A DNA stretch of 64,000 nt from Deferribacterales bacterium (lineage in GTDB: Bacteria; Chrysiogenota; Deferribacteres; Deferribacterales; Geovibrionaceae): the NCBI GenBank assembly GCA_050251945.1, contig JBFWLW010000001.1:448001-512000 (forward strand). Direction: 5' to 3'. Position numbers and translations under genes: made by a program. Below, piece by piece: positions 39,305 through 48,283 of this stretch. The notes beneath the pieces were generated by a model, which did not search any database, was not told the origin of the DNA, and was given only the letters and a program-made list of their open reading frames with translations. Each line of letters opens with the position of its first letter. The first letter of the stretch is position 1.

Positions 39305-40963
39305 CTATTCTGATTTGTTTTTTATAGACATACAGTTTATAAAAACTGTTTCATTAGCAGACAATACACGCTCATCATGCGAGACATAAAAGATAATTTT
39401 TCCCTGCTGTTTCAGCTCACTAATTATTTCATGAACAACGGCAGTGTTTTCAGAATCCAGTGATGCCGTTACCTCATCCAGAATGATTATATCTGCATTT
39501 TTCGCCACCGCACGGGCAAAGCCTACCCTGCTCCGCTCGCCGCCTGAAAAGCGATTGCCGTTCTCTCCGGCTGATGTCAATGCATCCAACCCGTCCAAGT
39601 TCAGCCTGCAAATGATATCTGCACAATCAACATCACCATCTGGATATGCAACATTTTCAGCAAGGCAGACATTATGCAGAAATGCTGTCTGCGGCGCGTA
39701 GGCAAAAATATTCCTCAACTGTTTTTTCGGATACTCGTTTATATCCCTGCCGAACACGGTCAGTTTTCCGCCTCTCAGCGGATAAAAGCCCAACAGAACC
39801 CGCAGAAGTGAGCTTTTGCCGCTTCCGCTGATACCTTTCAGGTGTATCAGGTCGCCTCGCTTGCAATTGAACGACAGATTTTCAAAAATTACAGTTCCGT
39901 TCAGCGAAAGAGAAATATTTTCTGCAACAACGCAATCTCCGGTGGTATCTATAAAATTATTATTATCAGCCTCTTCCGGCAGTTCAAAATATTCGGTTAT
40001 ACGCTTTGCAGACACAAGACCTCGCTGTATCGACTGATAATACTGGCTGATATTGCGGACAGGAGCATAAAATTTATTGGAATAATCAAACACGATGGAA
40101 ACCATACCAAGCGGCATAGCTCCCGCAACAACTTTATATACGGTATATATCAGCGCCGAAGAAACGCCGAATACACGCAGACTGCCCTCCACAGGAAAGA
40201 ACATTGAAAGGCTTTTTGCGGCACTAAGCCTGTGGCAGAAGGAATCATCCGCTGTGGTGCCGAACAGGCGGTTTTCATAGCTTTCACCTCTGAAAGCCTT
40301 AATGGTTTCATAACCGCTTAAAGACTGCTCCAGAATGGATGTAAGTTTTGAATCGGATATCTGCACATTGTCAGCCGCCAGCTTCTGTTTCTTTGCAGTG
40401 CGGAGACTGAAAAACCAGATAAACGGCAAAACACAAACAAGAATCAGCATTACCGCAGGCGCAGTATAAAGTATGAAAGCAGTTATCCAGATAAGGTCGA
40501 AGATATCAGAAAACATAGTGTAAAGTGGTCTTGAAAATATGTTTTCCAGCTGCCTTGTACTGTTGATAAGCGTATAGATAGTATCGCCTTTATCTGTTTG
40601 CATCTGCCTAACAAAATCCACCCGCATACATTTGGCGAAAAGATTTACCCTTATTCTGTTGATTACGTTCTCACAGAAAATTTCTGCCAGATAACAGAAC
40701 AATATCCTGAAAAGAATGGCAATAACTGAAAAAACAAAGAACAGAACTATTCCGGCAACTGCCATGTTGTCAAATCCCATCAGGCTGACAAGCTTGCTTA
40801 CAACACCGAGACCTTCGCGACCGGACAAAGCATCCAGAGTGTACCCGAAAAACTGTATAGGTATGACTGAAAGTAATGAGGATATAACCGCCATAACCAG
40901 AAGCACGATGATGTGCCATGCAGGAACTTCTGACAGACGGATAATTTTGAATATGTACTGCAT
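39305..40963 (-). CDS. ABC exporter (fused TMD-NBD)
   Basis: About 6 TM helices, GISGSGKS, FSGGE, ILDE, SHD. Confidence 0.88.
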   Translation of the reverse strand: MQYIFKIIRLSEVPAWHIIVLLVMAVISSLLSVIPIQFFGYTLDALSGREGLGVVSKLVSLMGFDNMAVAGIVLFFVFSVIAILFRILFCYLAEIFCENVINRIRVNLFAKCMRVDFVRQMQTDKGDTIYTLINSTRQLENIFSRPLYTMFSDIFDLIWITAFILYTAPAVMLILVCVLPFIWFFSLRTAKKQKLAADNVQISDSKLTSILEQSLSGYETIKAFRGESYENRLFGTTADDSFCHRLSAAKSLSMFFPVEGSLRVFGVSSALIYTVYKVVAGAMPLGMVSIVFDYSNKFYAPVRNISQYYQSIQRGLVSAKRITEYFELPEEADNNNFIDTTGDCVVAENISLSLNGTVIFENLSFNCKRGDLIHLKGISGSGKSSLLRVLLGFYPLRGGKLTVFGRDINEYPKKQLRNIFAYAPQTAFLHNVCLAENVAYPDGDVDCADIICRLNLDGLDALTSAGENGNRFSGGERSRVGFARAVAKNADIIILDEVTASLDSENTAVVHEIISELKQQGKIIFYVSHDERVLSANETVFINCMSIKNKSE

Positions 40964-41045
40964 TTACGCCCCGTAAAAATATTAAGATATCATATCGGGA
41001 GCGAATTTTGAAATAAAAAGCCCCTCGCGGGGAGGGGCATAGTCC

Positions 41046-42065
41046 TTATTTTGCGTTTCTTGCTGTCTCAAGCCATTTGTTCCACGTTGCCTTGTTTTTT
41101 GCTATCCATTGGTCAACATGGCGCTCGATGTCCTTTTCAGACTTCTCGCCTGAATTCATCTTTGTGTTCTGTTCGTTGATGTCCGCCAGATTCAGCGTGA
41201 ATTCCGACAGGAAAACCTTTGCCGCCGGGTTTGCCGCAAGGAATTTCTTGTTGGCAACCGCCCTGATATCGTTAACGACGAATCCGAGCTTAACAGGGTC
41301 TGAAACTGCACCGACAACACCTTTTGCAGTCATTCTGTCTTTGAACGGCATCTGAGACTCAGAAGGTTTTATCTCCGGGACGTTGATCCAGACAACATCT
41401 TTACCGGGTTTAAGCTTAAATATCGTCCAGTTGGGCGCCCATGTGTAAAAGAAAACAGGCTTGCCCGCTTTCTGCTGTGCAAGAGCCTGTGACATACTTG
41501 CAGAATAGGAAGCTTTGATGGGGTCGATATATTTTTTAAGCCCGTAAACGTCCATATGATAGCTTATAGCCTTTTCACATCCCCACCCCGGAGGACACGC
41601 AACAAGGTCAGCTTTGCCGTCGCCGTTCATATCGAAAGCCTTTCTTACATCATCTCTTTTGAAATCATCCAGAGATTTGATGTTATATTTCTCCGCGTAG
41701 CTTTTTGAAACAAGATAACCCTGCAAGCCGCCTGCCTTAACAACATAGCCTATTATTTCTGCTTTGCTGTCAAAGTTTCTGGGAAGCTGTGCCGTGTGCA
41801 GAGGGAACCAGCCGTTAGCCCAATAGTCCACATCGCCAAGCGTAAGCGATTGATAGAACAGAGGGTTCGTAAGCTCTTTCGGTTTTTCAACCTTATATCC
41901 CAGCTCTTCCATTCCGCGCCTGATGAGCGCTTCCTGAAAATATCCTGTATCCCATGTCGCCCTTGCGGGTTTCAGCGTTTTTCCTTTGCCCGGTGTTTTG
42001 TTATACGCCGATGCCGAAACAACAAGCATAAGACCCACGAATACCGTTAAAAAAAGTCTTCTCAT
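41046..42065 (-). CDS. proX: glycine betaine/proline ABC substrate-binding protein
   Basis: LQGYLV, FDMNGDGKADLVACPPGWGCE, FYTWAPNW. Confidence 0.9.
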   Translation of the reverse strand: MRRLFLTVFVGLMLVVSASAYNKTPGKGKTLKPARATWDTGYFQEALIRRGMEELGYKVEKPKELTNPLFYQSLTLGDVDYWANGWFPLHTAQLPRNFDSKAEIIGYVVKAGGLQGYLVSKSYAEKYNIKSLDDFKRDDVRKAFDMNGDGKADLVACPPGWGCEKAISYHMDVYGLKKYIDPIKASYSASMSQALAQQKAGKPVFFYTWAPNWTIFKLKPGKDVVWINVPEIKPSESQMPFKDRMTAKGVVGAVSDPVKLGFVVNDIRAVANKKFLAANPAAKVFLSEFTLNLADINEQNTKMNSGEKSEKDIERHVDQWIAKNKATWNKWLETARNAK

Positions 42066-42076
42066 AATTCCTCCTG

Positions 42077-42922
42077 TTATCTTCTATTTTTTCCCATACC
42101 CTGTGTAATGCGGTCAAAAACTATAGCGATAAGCACGATTGACAAACCGCCTATGGTCGCAAGACCGATGTCCAGAGTATTAAGTCCCATGAAAACGGGC
42201 ATGCCAAGACCGCCCGCCCCAATGAGCGCCGCTATGACCACCATAGACAGCGACATCATTATTGTCTGGTTCAGCCCTGCCATTATCGAAGGCATGGCAA
42301 GGGGTATCTGTACCCTGCGAAGAACCTGAAACGGCGTGGCACCAAAAGCCACAGCCGCCTCCACAAGCTCAGGGTGCACCTGCCGTATCCCAAGGCTGGT
42401 CAGCCTTATTATAGGCGGCAGAGCAAAAACTATCGTCGCCAGAACGCCGGAAACAGTGCCGATGCTGAAAAGCATCACAACCGGAACAAGGTAAACAAAA
42501 GCCGGAGTTGTCTGCATTGCATCCAGAAACGGTCTGATAAAAGCCTCGAACCTGTCGCTCCGTCCAGCCAGAATACCCAGCGGGACACCGGCAATGGCGC
42601 AGAAAAGTACTGAACAGATAACCATTGCAACGGTTATCATCGCCTCTTCCCAAAAGCCAAGAAGCCCGATCAGCAGCATTGTCAGAAAAGTAAATACGGC
42701 AGTCTTTTTACCGGAATATCTCCATGCCAAAAGCACAAGAACGGCTGTGAATACCAGCGGATGTGTATGCGTAAGCACCCATGAAACACCGTTAAGCGAC
42801 TTTTCCACCGGATACTTGATCATCTGGAAAAAATCTCTGTGGTATTCAACCAGCCAGTCAACGCCGTCCTGAATCCATTCATTCAAAGGGATCACGCGTT
42901 CGTCAAAATCAAAAAAACTCAT
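42077..42922 (-). CDS. proW: glycine betaine/proline ABC permease
   Basis: LDAMQTTPAFVYL, EAA loop, AGLNQT, IGAGGLG. Confidence 0.92.
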   Translation of the reverse strand: MSFFDFDERVIPLNEWIQDGVDWLVEYHRDFFQMIKYPVEKSLNGVSWVLTHTHPLVFTAVLVLLAWRYSGKKTAVFTFLTMLLIGLLGFWEEAMITVAMVICSVLFCAIAGVPLGILAGRSDRFEAFIRPFLDAMQTTPAFVYLVPVVMLFSIGTVSGVLATIVFALPPIIRLTSLGIRQVHPELVEAAVAFGATPFQVLRRVQIPLAMPSIMAGLNQTIMMSLSMVVIAALIGAGGLGMPVFMGLNTLDIGLATIGGLSIVLIAIVFDRITQGMGKNRR

Positions 42923-44121
42923 GCCTGACCTCCTTTGTGCAGTGTTTTAAGGAATATGTTTTTAGATATGGTACCGATGTAGGTTCCGTCCGTGTCAGTG
43001 ACAGGAATGGGGAAAGGATTATCTATCAGCAGAGGCAGAACATCCTGCATTGAATCATCGCCCAATGCGGAAGCAGCAGTTTTAAGGTGGTTATCATGTA
43101 TTTCTTTCTCACCGTTGTCTGCCATCTCAATGAGTTCGTCGCGGGAAAGAACGCCTTTAAAAACTTCATTTTCGTCAATCACATAAATATAATCACGTTC
43201 ATGTTTGATAAGCCTTTGCAGAGCTGTTCTCGGACCGTTCCCCGGTTTTATCTTGATTGTGACCTGATTTTTGACAGCTATGTCTTTGGCGGTAAGAATC
43301 ACAGTGGGATCAACGCCGCGAAAGAACGCTTTCACATAATCGTCGGCGGGGTTTTGAAGAATATCTTCCGGCGTGCCGACCTGAACAATGCGCCCGCCTT
43401 CCATAATAGCGATTCTGTCGCCGATGCGCATGGCTTCGTCGAGGTCGTGGGAGATAAATACTATTGTACGTTTAAGTTTTTTTTGAAGTTTGAGAAGTTC
43501 ATCCTGCATCTCAGCCCTGATAAGGGGATCCAGTGCCGAAAACGCTTCGTCCATAAGCAATACGTCGGGGTTTACAGCCAGTGCGCGGGCAAGTCCGACG
43601 CGCTGTTTCATTCCGCCGGAAAGCTCGTCCGGCATACTGAATGCCCACTGGTCAAGCCCAACCTGCTCCAGTGCGGAAAGAGCCAGAGCCTCCCGTTCTA
43701 TCTTCCTGAGACCTGTCATCTCAAGCCCGAATGCCGCGTTTTCTATAACGCTTAAGTGCGGCATAAGGGCAAACGACTGAAAGACCATACTTATCTTCTT
43801 TCTGCGTACGGTTTTCAGTTCATCCTTGCCCATGGCGGCAATATCCTTTCCATCAAGAAAGATGTTTCCTGCGGTCGGCTCAATCAGCCTGTTCAGCATA
43901 CGAACCAAAGTGGATTTTCCGGAGCCCGAAAGCCCCATAACCACGAATATCTCACCTTCATATATCGTAAAATTCGCATCCTGAACGCCGACATTCATTC
44001 CGGTTTCCGCCAGAACCTCTTCCTTGGAACTTCCTTTTTTCAGCATCTTCAAGGCAATATCCGGCTTATCGCTGAATATCTTGAACAATCCCTGAATAGA
44101 AATTTTTTCTTTTTTATCCAT
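42919..44121 (-). CDS. proV: glycine betaine/proline ABC ATPase with CBS domains
   Basis: MGLSGSGKS, LSGGMKQRVGLARAL, DEAFSALDPLIR; start at MDKKEK with GAGG SD. Confidence 0.93.
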   Translation of the reverse strand: MDKKEKISIQGLFKIFSDKPDIALKMLKKGSSKEEVLAETGMNVGVQDANFTIYEGEIFVVMGLSGSGKSTLVRMLNRLIEPTAGNIFLDGKDIAAMGKDELKTVRRKKISMVFQSFALMPHLSVIENAAFGLEMTGLRKIEREALALSALEQVGLDQWAFSMPDELSGGMKQRVGLARALAVNPDVLLMDEAFSALDPLIRAEMQDELLKLQKKLKRTIVFISHDLDEAMRIGDRIAIMEGGRIVQVGTPEDILQNPADDYVKAFFRGVDPTVILTAKDIAVKNQVTIKIKPGNGPRTALQRLIKHERDYIYVIDENEVFKGVLSRDELIEMADNGEKEIHDNHLKTAASALGDDSMQDVLPLLIDNPFPIPVTDTDGTYIGTISKNIFLKTLHKGGQA

Positions 44122-44342
44122 CAACACCTCTTTTTTTAAATCAAATAAAGACAAAAATAAAATAAACAATTGTAATTTAAGAATAATATTATCAATAAAA
44201 AATAAACATACCATAATGATATTTTGATATAAAAAGAGACATATACCGATATTAATTTTTGACTATATTTAAGATTATTAATTTTTTCAGTTCTGTTACT
44301 TCATATAAATTATCATTTTTGAGCATTTTTTGCAACCCAAAT

Positions 44343-44358
44343 ATTACATGCATGTAAT
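44343..44358. promoter_or_regulatory. perfect 16-bp palindrome, candidate operator upstream of proVWX
   Basis: ATTACATGCATGTAAT; a half-site CATGTAAT recurs at 44431. Confidence 0.45.
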
Positions 44359-44490
44359 TTGCAAACAGCAAAACAGCTAATATGAATAATAAAAATGGAT
44401 TTGGTCAGCGCTGATTTTTGTTTGAATTTTCATGTAATAAACCGAGGAGAGGCGCTGGAACAATTGGCGAAGTAAAGCAAAAAACCAAAT

Positions 44491-44567
44491 AGACTGCCGC
44501 GGGCTAAAGCCCTCGCAGTGACAGGAAGTTAGTCATTGCGAAACTGCGCAGCAGTTGTGGTAATCTC
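44491..44567. repeat. CGTC-type REP doublet, copy E (diverged)
   Basis: AGACTGCCGCG..CCTCGCAGTGAC spacer GTCATTGCGA..GTGGTAATCT. Confidence 0.75.
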
Positions 44568-44677
44568 GCCCAACTTAATTTAAATTATAGTGATTCTTAA
44601 GCAGAAAATGATGAGTATTGTTTTTTCTGGTATTATATGAAATATAGCATTTATGTACATTTTATAATGGTGAATAT

Positions 44678-45574
44678 ATGAAAGTTTTTATTGATGCTAA
44701 TGTGTTCATAACAGTTGCAATATCTTTCAATCCTGTTTACCCTTCATGGTCTCAACAATTATTATTTTCTAAAGATAATATTATTCTTGTTACTTCTCAA
44801 AGTGTAATTAATGAAGTAGTCGATGTATTAAAGGTTAAGGGGTATTCAGCTAAACTACAGAATTACTTTTTAGATAATTTTAAATATATTATGACTGTCT
44901 GCAATATTGAAGTCTGTGATAATTTTGAAGTTAAAGAATATGATTGTGTTGATGATAAGCGAGATTATCATGTCTTTGCAGGAGCACTTCATTCTAATTC
45001 AGATATAATTGCTACATATAATATGAAAGATTTTTCTAATAAAAACATATATAATATTAAGGTATGTAGCCCGTTTATCGTTCTCAAAGAGTTAAATACT
45101 CATAAACTAAGCAATTATATACAAAAGTATGGCTCTATTAGTGAAGAAGGGACGGTGTTTTTTAAAGGACAAGTATTGCATGAGTCTAGTTTTGGATGTT
45201 TATTCACAACAGATACGTATTATGTTCAATTCAATTCTTCTGGAAAATTGCAGATTAATGATAAAATAATTGAAAAACTTCAGCTAATACCTAATGAGGA
45301 ATTTTCTTTTGTAATAAGGTATAATAAAGAAAGTGTTGATTTTACTTTATTTAAGAAAAATTCTAAAAGAGAGTATTTTCAGATGATGTTATCATTAGGT
45401 ATACCTACATTTGAATTATGTCATATAAACATCGAAGGGTTTAAACGAAAGTCACCTTATTCTTTTTATGGTCATGTTAAGATGTTGGAATTTATACCAT
45501 CTTATATAAAAGGCAAGAGCTTGAAAGCTATGGTTGAGAATGGTAGTTATGAATCTTTAATAGGCTCAATCTAA
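44678..45574 (+). CDS. AT-rich PIN-domain protein with unknown C-terminal domain
   Basis: VFIDANV, INEV, DKRDYHV..GA, IATYNMKDF acidic PIN tetrad pattern; about 160 extra C-terminal residues. Confidence 0.8.
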   Translation: MKVFIDANVFITVAISFNPVYPSWSQQLLFSKDNIILVTSQSVINEVVDVLKVKGYSAKLQNYFLDNFKYIMTVCNIEVCDNFEVKEYDCVDDKRDYHVFAGALHSNSDIIATYNMKDFSNKNIYNIKVCSPFIVLKELNTHKLSNYIQKYGSISEEGTVFFKGQVLHESSFGCLFTTDTYYVQFNSSGKLQINDKIIEKLQLIPNEEFSFVIRYNKESVDFTLFKKNSKREYFQMMLSLGIPTFELCHINIEGFKRKSPYSFYGHVKMLEFIPSYIKGKSLKAMVENGSYESLIGSI

Positions 45575-45654
45575 TTACAACATTTTTACAACACCATAGA
45601 TGAAATGCAAAAGCTGAGTAAAACACTCGGCTTTCTAACTTACTGATACATAAA

Positions 45655-45836
45655 GTGCGGAAGAGGAATCGCTTTTTGGGCGCTTTCTTCCTGAAAGCTG
45701 CAAAAAGCCAGCCGGTTCGCTGCCGCCGACGTCCTGTCGGCTTGTCCTCCCTTTCGGTTGGCGCTCTCCGTTCAACAAGTTCGGTGCAGAAACCACTCCA
45801 TAAGATAATGTCGTGGTTTTCGTTCGATTCCCTCTG
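45655..45836 (-). repeat. tRNA-linked repeat (RtT/TLR-like) with GGA hairpins; candidate ncRNA
   Basis: Begins GAGGGAATCGAAC and ends CGATTCCTCTTCCGCA (degenerate copy of the tRNA 3' end); GCCGAC-AGGAC-GTCGGC hairpin and several other GGA motifs. Confidence 0.55.
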
Positions 45837-45848
45837 ATTCAGGTAAAT

Positions 45849-45885
45849 AAAAAGAGGATATGGGGTAAGTCCATATCCTCTTTTT
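45849..45885. terminator. terminator-like hairpin after tRNA-Leu
   Basis: AAAAAGAGGATATGG-loop-CCATATCCTCTTTTT. Confidence 0.8.
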
Positions 45886-45888
45886 ATA

Positions 45889-45972
45889 TGCCGGAAGGGG
45901 GAATCGAACCCCCACGCCATTGCTGGCACCGGATTTTGAGTCCAGCGCGTCTACCAGTTCCACCATTCCGGC
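45889..45972 (-). tRNA. tRNA-Leu(CAA)
   Basis: GCCGGAA/TTCCGGC acceptor stem, TGGTAGAC D-loop, CTGGA-CT-CAA-AA-TCCGG anticodon arm, long variable arm, GGTTCGATTCC; CCA not encoded. Confidence 0.95.
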
Positions 45973-46120
45973 ATCAATATATAAAAAACGAACAACATAC
46001 TATTTTAACCTGCGGTTTTTGTCAATCAAAACAAAAATTTATACATATAAAACGCCGATTTACTTGTGAAATAAACTTTTATTTGATAAAATCCCATATA
46101 ATTAAATATGGAGTTTTGTC

Positions 46121-48283
46121 TTGCGCAAAACATTAATATCTATTTTCATTTTTTTGCTTTTAGCAGCAATGCCCGCTCTGGCTCAGAATATCCGTGTCGG
46201 AATTTATCAGAACTATCCGCTGGTCTTCAAAAATGAAAACGGCAGGATGGAAGGTTTCTGTTATGACATCCTTAAAGATATAGCAGCTAAAGAGAACTGG
46301 CACCTGACGTATGTTTACGACACATGGCCAAACACGCTGAAGATGCTCAAAGAGGGCAAAATAGACATCCTTGTTCCGATAGGTTTCAATCTGGAACGCA
46401 CAAAATATATGACGTTCAGCAATGAGAACATCATCAGCAACTGGGGACAGATTTCCGTCCGCAAGGGTGTAACTGCAGACTCAATACTTGATCTTGACAA
46501 CAAGACCATATCTGTTCTGAAAGACGATATATATTTCACAAGTGACAACGGAATACAGGAAATCGCTAAACGTTTCGGCATAAAAATCAACTATCTTTTC
46601 GCTGAAACCTACGATGAAGCGATGCAGAAAGTTAAAGACGGCAAGGCTGACGGATGTCTGGCAAACCGTTTTTTCACCATGGCTAACGGCGAAAAATATA
46701 ACCTTCAGCGCACCACCATTCTGATGAACCCTGTGGAGGTACGCTTCGGACTTGTTAAAGACTCTCCTCTGACGCCGATGCTGGTACGAAAACTGGATAT
46801 GCGCCTCACAGAGATGAAACACGCAGAAGGCTCCGTATATCAGCAAAGTTATGAAAAATGGCTCGCATTCGCATCAAAACCCGATTTCATGGCAAATACA
46901 AAACTTATTTTTGCAATCCTTTTGCTTCCAGTACTCTTCATAATATCCGTTGTGCTGATTCTCCGTGCGGAGGTCAACCGCAAAACACGTGAAATAACAA
47001 ACAAGAACATTGAGCTTCAGCAGGAGATAGAAGAGCGTATCCGCATGGAAGAACGGCTGAAAGAGAACGAAGAAAAATACAGCACACTGTTCAACACATC
47101 ATACAACCCTATCGCAATAATCAGCGAGGACGGAGCGCTCGCCGACGTCAACGGTGAGATGGTGGCACAGTTCGGATACGAACGCGGCGAACTTTTGCAG
47201 ATGTTTTTGGAAATGCTTGTCGTTAAAGAACATATATCCAAAGTCGAAGAAATTCTGAATAAGATGAACAAGACCAAAAAATGGTCCTTCGAGCTTGATT
47301 TCGTGAAATCATGGGGTGACGTGTTCAACGCGGAAATATCCGCAAGCCGGCTTGAAATAGGCGGCAGAACCTTCATACAGCTTGTTATCATGGACGTTAC
47401 ATCACGCAAAAAAGCCAGCGAACTGCTGAACCGCCGACAGGAATATCTTGAGAAAAAGGTTGAGCAGGAGGTTCAGAAGCGCCGTCAGAACGAAAGGCTC
47501 ATGATGCAGCAGTCAAAGATGGCGGCAATGGGACAGATGATGAGTGCCATAGCCCACCAGTGGCGGCAGCCGCTTAACACAATAGCCATCTTCGTTCAGG
47601 ATTTTGAAGATTCTTTCAAACACGGTGAACTGGACGAAGCTTATGTCCGCGATCTTGTTCAGCAGTCGATGAAACAGATAAATTTTATGTCCAAGACAAT
47701 AGACGACTTCAAAAATTTCTTCAAACCGGACAAGGACGAGGTTGTCTTTGAACTCTGTAAGGAAACTGCAAATTCCACCTCACTTCTGGGCGTACAGCTC
47801 ACCAGAAGCGGAATTGAACTTATCATTGAGTTCAACGGCAAACGGGTTCAGTATACGGATTTTGAATCATTTGAAACTGAGATTGATACAAAAATATACG
47901 TAAAAGGTTTCCCGAACGAGTTCAAGCAGGTACTTTTAAACCTGGTTCAAAATGCACGCGATGCGGTTACGGACTGCATGGAAGAAGATCATTCAGTGAA
48001 GGGTATCATAGAGGTCAGCGTGAAAGAGCGCGACGGGCTTGCGACCGTCAGCGTAACAGACAATGGCACCGGTATTCAGAAAGAAATTGCCGAAAGAATA
48101 TTTGAACCCTATTTTTCCACCAAAGAGGAGGGAAAAGGGACGGGCGTCGGGCTGTATATGTCCAAGATAATCATTGAACAGAACATGCGCGGCAGGCTCT
48201 ATTTTGAGAATTTGAATCCCGGAACAAGGTTTATTGTTGAACTGCGTAGCCTTCCGGCACCGGAAAGCTACGATATGCTGTAA
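46121..48283 (+). CDS. sensor histidine kinase with periplasmic solute-binding domain and PAS
   Basis: SBP family 3-like N-terminus (VGIYQNYPL..GRMEGF..DIL), AHQWRQPLN H-box, NARDA, DNGTGI, GTGVGL; TTG start. Confidence 0.9.
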   Translation: MRKTLISIFIFLLLAAMPALAQNIRVGIYQNYPLVFKNENGRMEGFCYDILKDIAAKENWHLTYVYDTWPNTLKMLKEGKIDILVPIGFNLERTKYMTFSNENIISNWGQISVRKGVTADSILDLDNKTISVLKDDIYFTSDNGIQEIAKRFGIKINYLFAETYDEAMQKVKDGKADGCLANRFFTMANGEKYNLQRTTILMNPVEVRFGLVKDSPLTPMLVRKLDMRLTEMKHAEGSVYQQSYEKWLAFASKPDFMANTKLIFAILLLPVLFIISVVLILRAEVNRKTREITNKNIELQQEIEERIRMEERLKENEEKYSTLFNTSYNPIAIISEDGALADVNGEMVAQFGYERGELLQMFLEMLVVKEHISKVEEILNKMNKTKKWSFELDFVKSWGDVFNAEISASRLEIGGRTFIQLVIMDVTSRKKASELLNRRQEYLEKKVEQEVQKRRQNERLMMQQSKMAAMGQMMSAIAHQWRQPLNTIAIFVQDFEDSFKHGELDEAYVRDLVQQSMKQINFMSKTIDDFKNFFKPDKDEVVFELCKETANSTSLLGVQLTRSGIELIIEFNGKRVQYTDFESFETEIDTKIYVKGFPNEFKQVLLNLVQNARDAVTDCMEEDHSVKGIIEVSVKERDGLATVSVTDNGTGIQKEIAERIFEPYFSTKEEGKGTGVGLYMSKIIIEQNMRGRLYFENLNPGTRFIVELRSLPAPESYDML

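Noticed and set aside
44440..44490. Purine-rich stretch resembling a gene remnant before REP copy E
   Set aside because: Too short to assign to any family
45528..46136. ORFs overlapping the tRNA region
   Set aside because: They are translations of tRNA-Leu and its linked repeat
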